A stretch of DNA of 64,000 bases from an uncultured Bacteroidales bacterium (GTDB lineage: Bacteria > Bacteroidota > Bacteroidia > Bacteroidales > P3). The position numbers and the translations under genes were made by a program. The notes under the pieces are model-generated. The model did no database searches and had not been told where the DNA came from. It was given only the letters and a program-made list of their open reading frames with translations. The number at the start of each line of letters is the position of its first letter. The first letter of the stretch is position 1. The stretch covers positions 17,864 to 81,863 of the forward strand of contig CALUMK010000007.1 of the NCBI GenBank assembly GCA_944321735.1, given 5' to 3'. This document shows positions 44,639 to 54,227 of the stretch, in pieces.

Positions 44639-45667
44639 ATGAGAATGTTTGAGAAAATGAAGGGATGGGCAATCGTACTGATGGCTGCATTTCCTTTAGT
44701 GTTCATGTCATGCGACAATGGCAACGGAAACGGAGGCGACGATACCGATTTCACGCCGAGTGCAGCCTTGTTGCAAGCCTTTCAAGAAGATTTCCCGCAA
44801 GCTGTCGATGTGCGCTGGGAAAAGTATGAAATTTACGCAGTGGCCTCTTTTTCTGTTCCGACAAAAGCGGCTTCATCGGACATGACAGCTTGGTACACGA
44901 ATACTGCAACACCGGAACTTGTTCAGGAACAGCAAAATATGTCTGGATTGGAGTCTCTCCCCGAAGCCGTGCGCAACGCCTTTTACACGAGTCTTTATAA
45001 TGACCCTCAAGTGTGGCGGGTGGACGAAGTGGAAATACATTTCCGTCATTATGATTATTCGGGCATCCAGGACGAAGTTCGTCGTGTGTATAAGATAGAG
45101 TTGGATGCGATTGTGTCTGGTCGTCCCGATGTGGATTTGTTTTACGATGAACAAGGGGTCTTGTTGAATGAAAAATTGGATTACGACGATGATGACCGTC
45201 TGGGTCATTGGGACGATGACGATATGCCGCTGACCGGGAGTATCAGTCAGGCATACGTGGACTTTTTGAATCAGAAATATCCGGATTACCGTATTGAGGA
45301 ATTGGAACGCGAGTATTCCCGTGAATACGGCATGTTGGTGGTCGCCGAACTCGAAAAGTCTTATCGAGCCAAAGATGATGATCGTTACGAGGATGAATTG
45401 GAAGTATATATGAAAGAGGATGCCACTTGGTTGGGCACATCCAGGGAGATTCATTACCGGAGCCTGCCTGTTGTTGTGCAATCGGCCGTGGATCAGAAAT
45501 ATCCTCGGGCTCAATGGGAAAGGGAAGACGATGCAAAGGGATGGGATACACCGGAAAGGCCGCTGTATTCAGTGGAGCTTGAACAGGATGGACGTTACGA
45601 GACCGAAGTGACCGCATTCTTTGACGTAGATGGCACCTTGGTCAAGGAGGTTAAGAAATTTGATTGA
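44639..45667 (+). CDS. Lipoprotein with repeated PepSY-like (beta-lactamase-inhibitor-like) modules
   Basis: Lipobox LVFMSC. A repeated pattern (FQEDFPQAVDVRWEK, VRNAFYTSLYNDPQVWRVDEVE, YVDFLNQKYPDYRIEELERE, VQSAVDQKYPRAQWERED) resembles PepSY-like domains of Bacteroidota. The start could be 44639, 44645 or 44657. Confidence 0.45.
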   Translation: MRMFEKMKGWAIVLMAAFPLVFMSCDNGNGNGGDDTDFTPSAALLQAFQEDFPQAVDVRWEKYEIYAVASFSVPTKAASSDMTAWYTNTATPELVQEQQNMSGLESLPEAVRNAFYTSLYNDPQVWRVDEVEIHFRHYDYSGIQDEVRRVYKIELDAIVSGRPDVDLFYDEQGVLLNEKLDYDDDDRLGHWDDDDMPLTGSISQAYVDFLNQKYPDYRIEELEREYSREYGMLVVAELEKSYRAKDDDRYEDELEVYMKEDATWLGTSREIHYRSLPVVVQSAVDQKYPRAQWEREDDAKGWDTPERPLYSVELEQDGRYETEVTAFFDVDGTLVKEVKKFD

Positions 45668-45727
45668 AGCTTGAATCTGCCGAGGCACAGTAGAAAATGA
45701 ACTGAAGATTCCCTTTACTTACGAAGC

Positions 45728-45767
45728 GACCCTGTTAGAATGTGTTCTAGCAGGGTCGTTTCTGTTA
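45728..45767 (+). terminator. Long hairpin between convergent genes
   Basis: GACCCTGTTAGAA (45728-45740) pairs with TTCTAGCAGGGTC (45745-45757), giving 13 bp with one G-T pair and a loop TGTG. It is followed by GTTTCTGTT. Confidence 0.55.
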
Positions 45768-45934
45768 TGCAAGGGCCTCATGTTTCAGATGATTCTCTTC
45801 GGCTCTATCCGGCTCTTTTCGGGAATCCGTCTTGAATGAGAAAGGGGCTTGGGATTGTTCTCTTTTCTATAGAAGCGGGATCAGGGGTTATCCATTCCAT
45901 GAAAAGATTCTCGCAATCTTTCGCCCCTTTTGCT

Positions 45935-48900
45935 TTATTGGAGGATGCATTTGAGGGTGCGGCTTATCTTTCCGGCTTGGACTTGGATAAAGTAGGCTCC
46001 TCGTGGCCATGAACTGGTATTGATATCCATGTCGGATGAATCCATGTCCTGCAACCTGTACACGACTTGTCCAAGGGTGTTGAAGACTTCTATTCTCGAT
46101 ATGGGCTCGGCTGCCGAATGAATATTGATGGCATCGGTTGCCGGGTTGGGGAACAGAAATACCTCGGCTTGGCCGGATATGGCAGCTTGATTGCTTGCAG
46201 GGGCGGAGACCCGGATATCATCAATGAAGAAAGCATAACCTTGAGGTGTGACGCATTGGATTGCGATATGGATTTCCTGACCATCGTATTGGCTTAAATC
46301 CACTTCAACCTGTTGCCATTCTCCCGCAGGGGCAGTGCGTGGTTCTCCAACGGGCAGGAAGTTTTCCAATTGGTCGGTAGTCGTGGAGACAAGCACATTG
46401 TATTGTTCCAGGCCGTAGTCGGCCGAAGCGCTCATCACCTGCATCTCCAGCTTGGAACCTTGGGCCGGCATGGCCAATTTGGGAGAAATGAGCCAATCGT
46501 TGTTGGTATCTTCTATGGCTGCAAAGCAAACGCCGAACCGTTCTCCTGTGTATCCACTAATGTAGTTTTCCATGCTTGGATAACAGGTGCCGGCGTTGAA
46601 AGCCATAAACGCTTGCGGCATTCCTTTGTTCGGCCAACCTGACATACTGTAGAACTGTGTCAACGCAGAATCCAAGTCCACGGTTTTCCAGGCAGGATTG
46701 AACCCGGTAATGCTGAAATCGTTGCAGTCTTCAAAATCCAGGACATACGGGTCGGCTTCTTCCAGACAATAGACCACTTTTGAAAGCGTATCGTTACCGG
46801 GATTGGCATCGCCATCCAATCGGCTGATTGCCGATAGATAGTGGAAACCGGGTTCGGACAGATCGACATTGAAAGAAACCGGACTCAAGAAATGAGGAGG
46901 CACACTGTCGAGTTTTAGATTATAGGTCTGTTTGTCAACAAGGCAGCAAATATCCACATTCTTTTGGCAGGAAGCCCCCCGGTTGCCGATGAGGACCAGT
47001 ACCTGTTGCTCTGTACTGAACAAGGCTGTGTCCTCGATCACAATGGAATGAACGTACAAGTCCGGGTCAGCGAGATGGGCAAAGCCGAAATTGGGACGAA
47101 CCGCCACCGATCCGAATCCGGTTTGACGGAACAAGGAGTCGTTGTCGGATTGAGGAACGATGAGGTATCCGTCGCGGTTGTCATCGCAGGCCAGCTGCAT
47201 GTACTGGTATCCTGTTTGTTGCACTACAATCAGGTACTTTCCAGGAGTCAAAGGCAGAGGGTCTGTGGCAAAAGTCTCTATCTTTCCTCCAATGCCTCTT
47301 TGATAAGATCCTGCGTAGAGTTGCCGGCCTTTGACAGCTCCGTCTGTTTGGTACACGGCGATTCCAAAAGGCATGTCCACGCTTTCGCAGAAGCCTACGG
47401 AAACCGAAGTCAGCGTGTCCGGGATTTGAAGGTCGATGACATAGCCTGCCTCAATCGGGTAGTTTGCGCCCAAGCCTCCGTCAGCGCCCATCTGGCTTTC
47501 TGTCACGGCATCGAATAGGAAAGAGCTGTCGCTGAAAGTCACAAGGAAGGAAAGCGTGTCGTTTTCCGGATAAGAATCCTCGGCCCCGAAAGACACCTCC
47601 GCTTTAAAAGAAACGGATGTAACCCCATAGGAAGGCAGTTGGGCAGGTACGGCTATGTCGATGGTCTGTTCGGCAGGAACCATGACGGGAGACGATTTGC
47701 CGAGAAGCTGCTCGTTTTCGTACAGGGAGACCACGACATCCGTAGCGTCTTGCAGCCCTCGGTTTTGCGTGGGAATCTGGAAAGTGTAAGTGTCGCCGCT
47801 TTGGCTGCAAGGAATTGTCCGGGGCAGTTCCGGTCCGTGCGGGATAGTCATGTCGTTTTCGGCCATTTGGCTCAGTACCACTTCCCTGATAAAGAGAGTG
47901 TCAGTCGTGAGGGGCAGGAACGCCAAAGAATAGTCCGCGCTTTGGTCTATCTCGAAAGTCAGTTCAGCCCATTCGAAATCCTCGCCTGTATTGGCATTGG
48001 AATGGTTCTTCAGGCTTGGCCAAAGCCAAGGATCGGTTTCGGTAGGTCCTATCGCTACATTAAAATAGACGCCCCATGGAAAATAGGATATCATGTGTCC
48101 GGCTTGGTACTCGTACCGGAGGATGTATTTCCCTGGATCCAAGCTGATACAGTGTGAAACCAGGTTTCCCATTTTCCGCAAGGCCATATAGTCGCCCGAT
48201 TCGGCTTCGACATGAACCCAAGCACCCTCGGCATCGGTGCTCCAATCGGAGAACGACATGTCGCTTTCCCAAGGCGTGGCATACGGGACAATGTGTTCGG
48301 TAGTGTCCCTCAGGGTATTGTTGTTGGCGTTCGTGTCACGGGCGCATTCCCCATGGACTTCCACGACATATACGTTCTCTTGCGAAAAGTCCACATATTG
48401 GCTGAACGTCAGCTTCTTTTTGGTCTGCATTTGAATGCGTTCAAAAAAGGTCTCGGAAATCGCTTCATTTTGATTGATCCGGTAGGTCAGCCTGAGGGAA
48501 TCTATATCGCTATCCCCGTTGTTGAATACTTCTACCGACAAGGGATAGGTTGTCAGGCCGCAACTGGGTTTAGGAATATCTATGGCACGAATGGCCAAGT
48601 CCGGAGAACCATGGAACGCCCCGCTGTCTATTTCCACATCGTCCACATGGATTCCCAGCATGTTGGTGGCGCTGTTGGCTCGGATGGCAAAGAAATAATT
48701 GCCGTCTTCAGGTATGTCGGCATTGACCGGGAAGCGAACCCAATTGGGATTGCTGATTTCATCAAATTCGGCCAAGGTTTCCATGCTGTTGACATCCAAG
48801 TTCCGGCCAAGCATCACGGAAAAGCTTTCCACGTAATTGAGTCCGCCTCCGGCAATCCTGGCCCAGAGCGAGATTCTGGCGTTTCCTTTTTTCAAAGGGA

Positions 48901-50029
48901 TAGGGGGCGAAATCAGGTAAGCGTTCGAAGGTCTGTTCCAGACACCGTAGCAAGACATGCAAGTGCCATTGTACTCGTCCACCGGATCGTGTCCGATATT
49001 GGGCATGAATTCCCATTCCGGCACGCCGGCGGCTGGATTCCCGTTCTCGTCGGCATTGATGATGGTCCAGCCGTTCTGCGGAATGTTCTCAGCGGAAGCA
49101 AAATCATCCCTGAATGGAAGAGTTCCGCTCCAGGGCATCATGTTCACAATATCCAATGAAGCCGTATCGTTCTGGTGGATAGTATCCTCATCCCATACTA
49201 TTCCGGCTTCGATACGATGAGCCCCTGCGGCCGACAAGTCGGCTTTTTCCGAGAAGTGGAATACAAGGGTATCCCACCAAGGGATAGCTTGGTCTACGGT
49301 CTCTTCTATGTAATCTTGGCCATCGACCCGGTAGCGGGCCTTGAGAGTGCCGGCAGCGATATCCTTGAACCCGGCGTTGTATATACGGAGTCCTACCTGT
49401 TCGTCTTCCAGCAGGCATCCGGAATAGGGACCGACGAACCCCAGCACGGCTATGTCATGTTCCACAATCTGCCGGGGAATGACCGTGTCGTGGCCTCCGC
49501 TGACGCCGCCTTTGTAAATGTAGAACTCGTAGCATTTTCCAGCTTCAAAGACATAATTGTCAAAGCATCCCCCTCTTGCCACATACAGGATTTCTCCCGG
49601 AGTAGGGTTCAGGCAGGCAATGTCGTATGTTCCTGCCGGGATTTCCAGCATCTCGCTCCGAGCGCAGACTATATTAGAGGTATTGAGGTCAGGGTCGGCA
49701 TTGGCCGGAATCTTGTAATCGACATCGGCATAGACATCTTCTGCGGTTCCTTCCATCGGGAAAGCCGTGCTGTTGTCCCACAGGGTTCCGTAAGCGGTTG
49801 CAGAAGCATCGAGCAACATCTGGTATCCGGTGCCGTCGCCCCACACGTCTTCCGTGGTCAGGATGACCGTGGCGTTTCCTGCTTTAGGGTTTGTTGTTGA
49901 GAGGGCTGGAGGTGTTCGATGGCGGAAAGCGTCCTTTCCGGGTTCGAAACGGTAGATGGTAGGATTTTCCTGTCCGGGTGCAAGATTCATCAAGAACAGG
50001 GCGGATAAAAGAATTCCGAAGTGTTTCAT
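45935..50029 (-). CDS. Very large T9SS cargo surface protein (choice-of-anchor-J-like domains, 1364 aa)
   Basis: Track ORF extends to 50194. ATG 50029 gives the signal peptide MKHFGILLSALFLMNLAPGQ. The sequence includes NGWTIINADENGN..., and the C-terminal tail FLFPNPATDAINIHS...GAYFIQVQAGKISRTLKCILQ fits the T9SS CTD. Confidence 0.75.
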   Translation of the reverse strand: MKHFGILLSALFLMNLAPGQENPTIYRFEPGKDAFRHRTPPALSTTNPKAGNATVILTTEDVWGDGTGYQMLLDASATAYGTLWDNSTAFPMEGTAEDVYADVDYKIPANADPDLNTSNIVCARSEMLEIPAGTYDIACLNPTPGEILYVARGGCFDNYVFEAGKCYEFYIYKGGVSGGHDTVIPRQIVEHDIAVLGFVGPYSGCLLEDEQVGLRIYNAGFKDIAAGTLKARYRVDGQDYIEETVDQAIPWWDTLVFHFSEKADLSAAGAHRIEAGIVWDEDTIHQNDTASLDIVNMMPWSGTLPFRDDFASAENIPQNGWTIINADENGNPAAGVPEWEFMPNIGHDPVDEYNGTCMSCYGVWNRPSNAYLISPPIPLKKGNARISLWARIAGGGLNYVESFSVMLGRNLDVNSMETLAEFDEISNPNWVRFPVNADIPEDGNYFFAIRANSATNMLGIHVDDVEIDSGAFHGSPDLAIRAIDIPKPSCGLTTYPLSVEVFNNGDSDIDSLRLTYRINQNEAISETFFERIQMQTKKKLTFSQYVDFSQENVYVVEVHGECARDTNANNNTLRDTTEHIVPYATPWESDMSFSDWSTDAEGAWVHVEAESGDYMALRKMGNLVSHCISLDPGKYILRYEYQAGHMISYFPWGVYFNVAIGPTETDPWLWPSLKNHSNANTGEDFEWAELTFEIDQSADYSLAFLPLTTDTLFIREVVLSQMAENDMTIPHGPELPRTIPCSQSGDTYTFQIPTQNRGLQDATDVVVSLYENEQLLGKSSPVMVPAEQTIDIAVPAQLPSYGVTSVSFKAEVSFGAEDSYPENDTLSFLVTFSDSSFLFDAVTESQMGADGGLGANYPIEAGYVIDLQIPDTLTSVSVGFCESVDMPFGIAVYQTDGAVKGRQLYAGSYQRGIGGKIETFATDPLPLTPGKYLIVVQQTGYQYMQLACDDNRDGYLIVPQSDNDSLFRQTGFGSVAVRPNFGFAHLADPDLYVHSIVIEDTALFSTEQQVLVLIGNRGASCQKNVDICCLVDKQTYNLKLDSVPPHFLSPVSFNVDLSEPGFHYLSAISRLDGDANPGNDTLSKVVYCLEEADPYVLDFEDCNDFSITGFNPAWKTVDLDSALTQFYSMSGWPNKGMPQAFMAFNAGTCYPSMENYISGYTGERFGVCFAAIEDTNNDWLISPKLAMPAQGSKLEMQVMSASADYGLEQYNVLVSTTTDQLENFLPVGEPRTAPAGEWQQVEVDLSQYDGQEIHIAIQCVTPQGYAFFIDDIRVSAPASNQAAISGQAEVFLFPNPATDAINIHSAAEPISRIEVFNTLGQVVYRLQDMDSSDMDINTSSWPRGAYFIQVQAGKISRTLKCILQ

Positions 50030-50046
50030 TTTACTTTGTTTTGTTG

Positions 50047-50054
50047 CAAAGATA
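50047..50054 (-). promoter_or_regulatory. -7 promoter box (TATCTTTG on the minus strand) for the 45935..50029 gene
   Basis: Plus-strand CAAAGATA is the reverse complement of TATCTTTG. It lies 18 nt upstream of ATG 50029. Confidence 0.4.
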
Positions 50055-50233
50055 GTCCCAACGGGCAAAGCGTTTTGCCGGGCTTTGGTCGCCTGCCTTG
50101 CGGGGCAGTCTATCTTCGAGGTTTCATCAACAAAGCTACAAAATTGATATACAGTATTTCTATTTGTTTTGTCTTGATTTATGAATCGGTACAAGATGGG
50201 GTTAGGAACGGCTGTGAATCTCTTTGAATGTGT

Positions 50234-50241
50234 TTAACTTT
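50234..50241 (+). promoter_or_regulatory. -7 promoter box TAACTTTG for the 50300..54187 gene
   Basis: Exact TAnnTTTG match, 59 nt upstream of ATG 50300. Confidence 0.5.
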
Positions 50242-50299
50242 GTACAGTAACACAAAATGTGTCTATGAACTGAAGAAAACAACTTAAAAAACAGAAGAC

Positions 50300-53200
50300 A
50301 TGAAGAAACAGTATTCCATCATGATGCTTGTCTTGCTGACATGCTTTTCGGTAGGCTATGCGCAAGAATCCGCTTGCGGGCCTTTCCCTGTTCCTTATCA
50401 AGAGACCTTCGATGCCTGGGACGATGAGAACCCGCTTGATTGCTGGACCATTGTCGATGCCAACCAGGACGGCCTCACCTGGGTCTCCGAGTATATTCCG
50501 CCTATGGATAATACCACTGCCTATATGGGTGGCGGAAAGGCCGGCGATGATTGGCTGGTTTCCCCTTGTTTGTCCATTCCGGAAAGCGGGGCCGGGCTTT
50601 CCTTGCGTTACATGACCTCCAAGACCAGTTCCGGTGTGTCCTTGAGGATTTGCATTGCGGAAGAAAACGATTTGGCGGCCTTGGAACAGAACATCTTGTA
50701 CGAAGGCCATGGCCTCACCACCGAATGGCTTGTATTTGACGTTCTCAATGCGGATCTTTCGGATTATGCCGGGAAAGAAGTCTATATAGCCATTCAAGCC
50801 TGCTCTGAATCGGCCACGTATAACGATTTGTATGTGGATGATTTCCGTTTAGAGACTTGCGCTGTTCCAACGCAGGTGGAGATATGGGCGGGTACGGATT
50901 CCGCAAAAGTTGCCTTTGTTTCCGCTGCCGACAGGCAGGAAGCCGAATACAAAGAGGCGGCATCTTCTTTCTGGTTGCCGGTGGAAAAGGTGGGCAATCC
51001 CGTGGTGATAGCCGGTTTGTCTCCCGCTACCGATTATGATTTCAGGCTTCGTAACCGTTGCAGCGAAACCGACAGCAGCCAATGGGTGGAATATTCGTTC
51101 CGGACCCAGATGCAGCCGGTTTTGTATCCCTTGGACGAGGATTTCAACGAGGTAGCCCTTGGTTCGCTGCCCGGGGACTGGGCCAGCCGGAATCCGGAGG
51201 CGCCTTGGCAGGTGACCGAGCACTCCTTGGCCCCCGATTTGGCCCATTTTGCCTATTTCAACAGCATATCCTCGCCGGTAGGGACAACCGGCGTGCTGGA
51301 AACGCCTTTGATGGATATCCGTGGCGTTGAACAATTGAGCTTGAGTTTCTTGTATTTGAACTCGGGCTACAGCGCAGACAACCCGAACAATTTCTGTGTC
51401 TATATCTCCACGGATGAAGGCCAGATTTACGATACCCTGTTTGCCAATCTGACAACCACCGCCCTGACGATAGGGAGCGAAACCGTGGATTTGGCTCCTT
51501 ATATCCAAGGTGCGGAAAGCCTTCGTGTCTATTTCTCGGCCACCTCCAACCAGAACGGAAAGTTCGATATCTTCCTTGACGACGTATATATAGGAAGCAA
51601 CTTGGCCTGCGTCCGTCCCGTATCCATGGAATTGGAACAGAAGACGAGCAGCGAAGTGCAAGTGTCCTGGCAGCCGGATCCGGCCAATGCCGATGCGGCT
51701 TGCCAGATAGTCTATTGGACGGAACCGGACGGAGTCAAAGCCTGCACGGGAGAAGTGTCTTCCCCGCATTTGCTGGAAGGCATGGCGGTAGCCCCTTACC
51801 GGATTGGCGTGCGAGCCATCTGCGGGCAAGGGGACACATCCGATTTGCGCCATGAAGTTTACGTGCCAGAACCTTGCTTGCCTGTGCAGGACTTGCAGGT
51901 TTCGGATACCGCTGCCTTTCAAGCCGTGATAGAATGGAAGCATGATGAAGCTTCCCGTTACAATGTGTATTACCAGGCAGAAGGTTCTGAAACAAGGCGC
52001 GAGCAAAGCTTGGAAGAAAGCCGGTGGGAGATAGACGGTTTGGATGCGGGAACCCTGTACACGGCAGGCGTGCAGGCGGTATTGGCTTCGGGCGATACCA
52101 GCCGGTGGGCAACGGTCTCCTTCTTCACGCCCTGTGCGGGCTATATGGTTTTACCCTTGGCGGAAGGGGCGGAAAAAACGGGGCAAAGCCTTTCCGATGT
52201 GGCTTGGCTTCCTTCCTGCTGGGATTACGAGGAAGTGGAAGGCACCTATTCCCAGCAGTTCTGGCAGCGGACATCCAATGCTAATTTTGTGCATGACGGC
52301 AAGTACGCCATCCAGTTCCTTTCCAGCCGTATTTCGTCCAACGGGATAGGGCGTTTGGTTTCCGAACCGTTCCAGACCCCGAATGCCGTCCGTATCACTT
52401 TCTGGTTCTATCATACTATGTACGCCAGCGCAGCCACGCTCCGCATAGGGCTTTTGTCCGATACGGGAACCATGTACATCGACACTCTTGTCCATGCTGC
52501 GGGCGAGAACCGCTGGGCGGAATATTCCTATGAAGTGGAAGACGTGGACGCTTGTCGTCTGGTCTTGGAAGGCTGCGTGGGAAGCCCCAGTTCGGTGCAG
52601 AACATGACCCTTGACAATCTCCGTATCGAAGAAATCTTCAGTCTGAACCTGGCAGCGGAGAGCTTGCGGCCGATTCCGCCTTTGGCCGATATGCCGGCGC
52701 AGGAAGTGTCCTTTTCCGTAAGGAATGCCGGTCGGGAGAACTTCGCGGCCGATGTCGTGTTCTGTTATTCGCTGGATGCCGGGGATACGGTTCGGGAAGA
52801 ATACTCGTTTGAAGGTTCTCCTTTGGAGTCGGATTCGCTTTTTACTTATTCTTTTACGGAAAAGCTCTTAGTGGATACTTACGGGATTCATCAGGTACAG
52901 GCATGGGTGGAATCGGAAGCGGATATGTTGGCAGCGGACAATGCTCTGACGATGGAAATAGAGAATTATGAACCTTTTGTCCTGCCTTATACTTGGATTC
53001 TGAGTGAAGGAATGGAGCATTTGGACTATATGCAGGCGGTGGATGCCGACGGGAACGGGACGACATGGCAAGCCGGAGTAGGCTGGTTCAACTGCGGAGG
53101 TCAGGAAGACGGCGACGATATCCTGTTCTTCCCCGGAATGTCGATGCCCGAAGGCAGATACCGTTTCGGCATCGTCCTCGGGAAAGAACTGGTGGAATCG

Positions 53201-54187
53201 GAAGCGGTCAAAGTGTATCTGTCGGGTTATCCCTCCTTGGAAGCTTTGGATTCTGCTACGGTCTTGACGGAAGCCTATTTGGTGGAGGCCTATATCGATA
53301 CCCTTTGGCTGGAAGCGGATGTGCCGCAGCAAGAGGTTCGGTATATGGGATTCCGTACGTCGAGCCATGCTGGGCTCAATGCTTATGGCGCATTGGTAGA
53401 ACCCTTGTCGGAAGTGTTCCGGATGGAAGCCCAGGCTTGCGCTAACGAGCCTTATCCGTGGGGCGATGAATTTTTGACCGAATCCGGGGTTTATTCGGAC
53501 ACGGCACAGACCCGATCCGGCATGGACAGCATCACGGTTCTGAACCTGACGGTTCATCCTACCTATCTATTCGAGTTAGACACGACCTTGTGCGAGGGGC
53601 TTTCCATTGAATTCGGTGGCGAAACCTATTCGGAAGAGGGCTTGCATGAAAGGCTGTTGCAGACCCGGTACGGCTGCGACAGCATTTATCGCCTCAATCT
53701 CCATTATACGCCTTTGCCGTCGGCACCGGTCATTACCCGTCAGGACGAAGGATCGGAAATCTGGCTGGTTTCGGATCAACCGGCAAACAACCAATGGTAC
53801 AAGGATGAGGAAGCGATAGATGGAGCCACGGAAGAACGCTATGCCGTTGTCGCCAATGGCTCGTATTACGCTACGGTCAGCAATCGTTGCGGAATGTCGG
53901 ATCCGTCCAATGTTATTGAAATAAAGGGTCTTGGCAATGGGCTTTTCGAGGATGGCGCTGTTTCGGTATATCCCAATCCGGCGATAGGCCATGTTTGGAT
54001 TCGTTCAGGAAAGGCTTTGATAGACAAGGTGGTCTTGAAGGATTTGTCAGGGAGAACGCTTTTGGAAAAGAAGGCGTCCGTGAATCCTTTGAACCTTGAT
54101 CTGTCGGGATTTTCGGCCGGAATCTATCTTTTGGAGGTGACCTTGGGAGCGGAGACGGGGATTTTCAAACTTCAGCTTTTGCACTGA
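50300..54187 (+). CDS. Very large T9SS cargo surface protein (choice-of-anchor-J-like and FN3-like domains, 1295 aa)
   Basis: Signal peptide MKKQYSIMMLVLLTCFSVGYAQ. The sequence includes DCWTIVDANQDGLTWVSE and FN3-like segments (CAVPTQVEIWAGTDSAKVAF...; CVRPVSMELEQKTSSEVQVSW...). The C-terminal tail VSVYPNPAIGHVWIRS...GIYLLEVTLGAETGIFKLQLLH fits the T9SS CTD. Confidence 0.75.
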   Translation: MKKQYSIMMLVLLTCFSVGYAQESACGPFPVPYQETFDAWDDENPLDCWTIVDANQDGLTWVSEYIPPMDNTTAYMGGGKAGDDWLVSPCLSIPESGAGLSLRYMTSKTSSGVSLRICIAEENDLAALEQNILYEGHGLTTEWLVFDVLNADLSDYAGKEVYIAIQACSESATYNDLYVDDFRLETCAVPTQVEIWAGTDSAKVAFVSAADRQEAEYKEAASSFWLPVEKVGNPVVIAGLSPATDYDFRLRNRCSETDSSQWVEYSFRTQMQPVLYPLDEDFNEVALGSLPGDWASRNPEAPWQVTEHSLAPDLAHFAYFNSISSPVGTTGVLETPLMDIRGVEQLSLSFLYLNSGYSADNPNNFCVYISTDEGQIYDTLFANLTTTALTIGSETVDLAPYIQGAESLRVYFSATSNQNGKFDIFLDDVYIGSNLACVRPVSMELEQKTSSEVQVSWQPDPANADAACQIVYWTEPDGVKACTGEVSSPHLLEGMAVAPYRIGVRAICGQGDTSDLRHEVYVPEPCLPVQDLQVSDTAAFQAVIEWKHDEASRYNVYYQAEGSETRREQSLEESRWEIDGLDAGTLYTAGVQAVLASGDTSRWATVSFFTPCAGYMVLPLAEGAEKTGQSLSDVAWLPSCWDYEEVEGTYSQQFWQRTSNANFVHDGKYAIQFLSSRISSNGIGRLVSEPFQTPNAVRITFWFYHTMYASAATLRIGLLSDTGTMYIDTLVHAAGENRWAEYSYEVEDVDACRLVLEGCVGSPSSVQNMTLDNLRIEEIFSLNLAAESLRPIPPLADMPAQEVSFSVRNAGRENFAADVVFCYSLDAGDTVREEYSFEGSPLESDSLFTYSFTEKLLVDTYGIHQVQAWVESEADMLAADNALTMEIENYEPFVLPYTWILSEGMEHLDYMQAVDADGNGTTWQAGVGWFNCGGQEDGDDILFFPGMSMPEGRYRFGIVLGKELVESEAVKVYLSGYPSLEALDSATVLTEAYLVEAYIDTLWLEADVPQQEVRYMGFRTSSHAGLNAYGALVEPLSEVFRMEAQACANEPYPWGDEFLTESGVYSDTAQTRSGMDSITVLNLTVHPTYLFELDTTLCEGLSIEFGGETYSEEGLHERLLQTRYGCDSIYRLNLHYTPLPSAPVITRQDEGSEIWLVSDQPANNQWYKDEEAIDGATEERYAVVANGSYYATVSNRCGMSDPSNVIEIKGLGNGLFEDGAVSVYPNPAIGHVWIRSGKALIDKVVLKDLSGRTLLEKKASVNPLNLDLSGFSAGIYLLEVTLGAETGIFKLQLLH

Positions 54188-54227
54188 TTTTGACTATGAA
54201 CGGGGCTTGGTTGAAAAGCCCCGTTTT

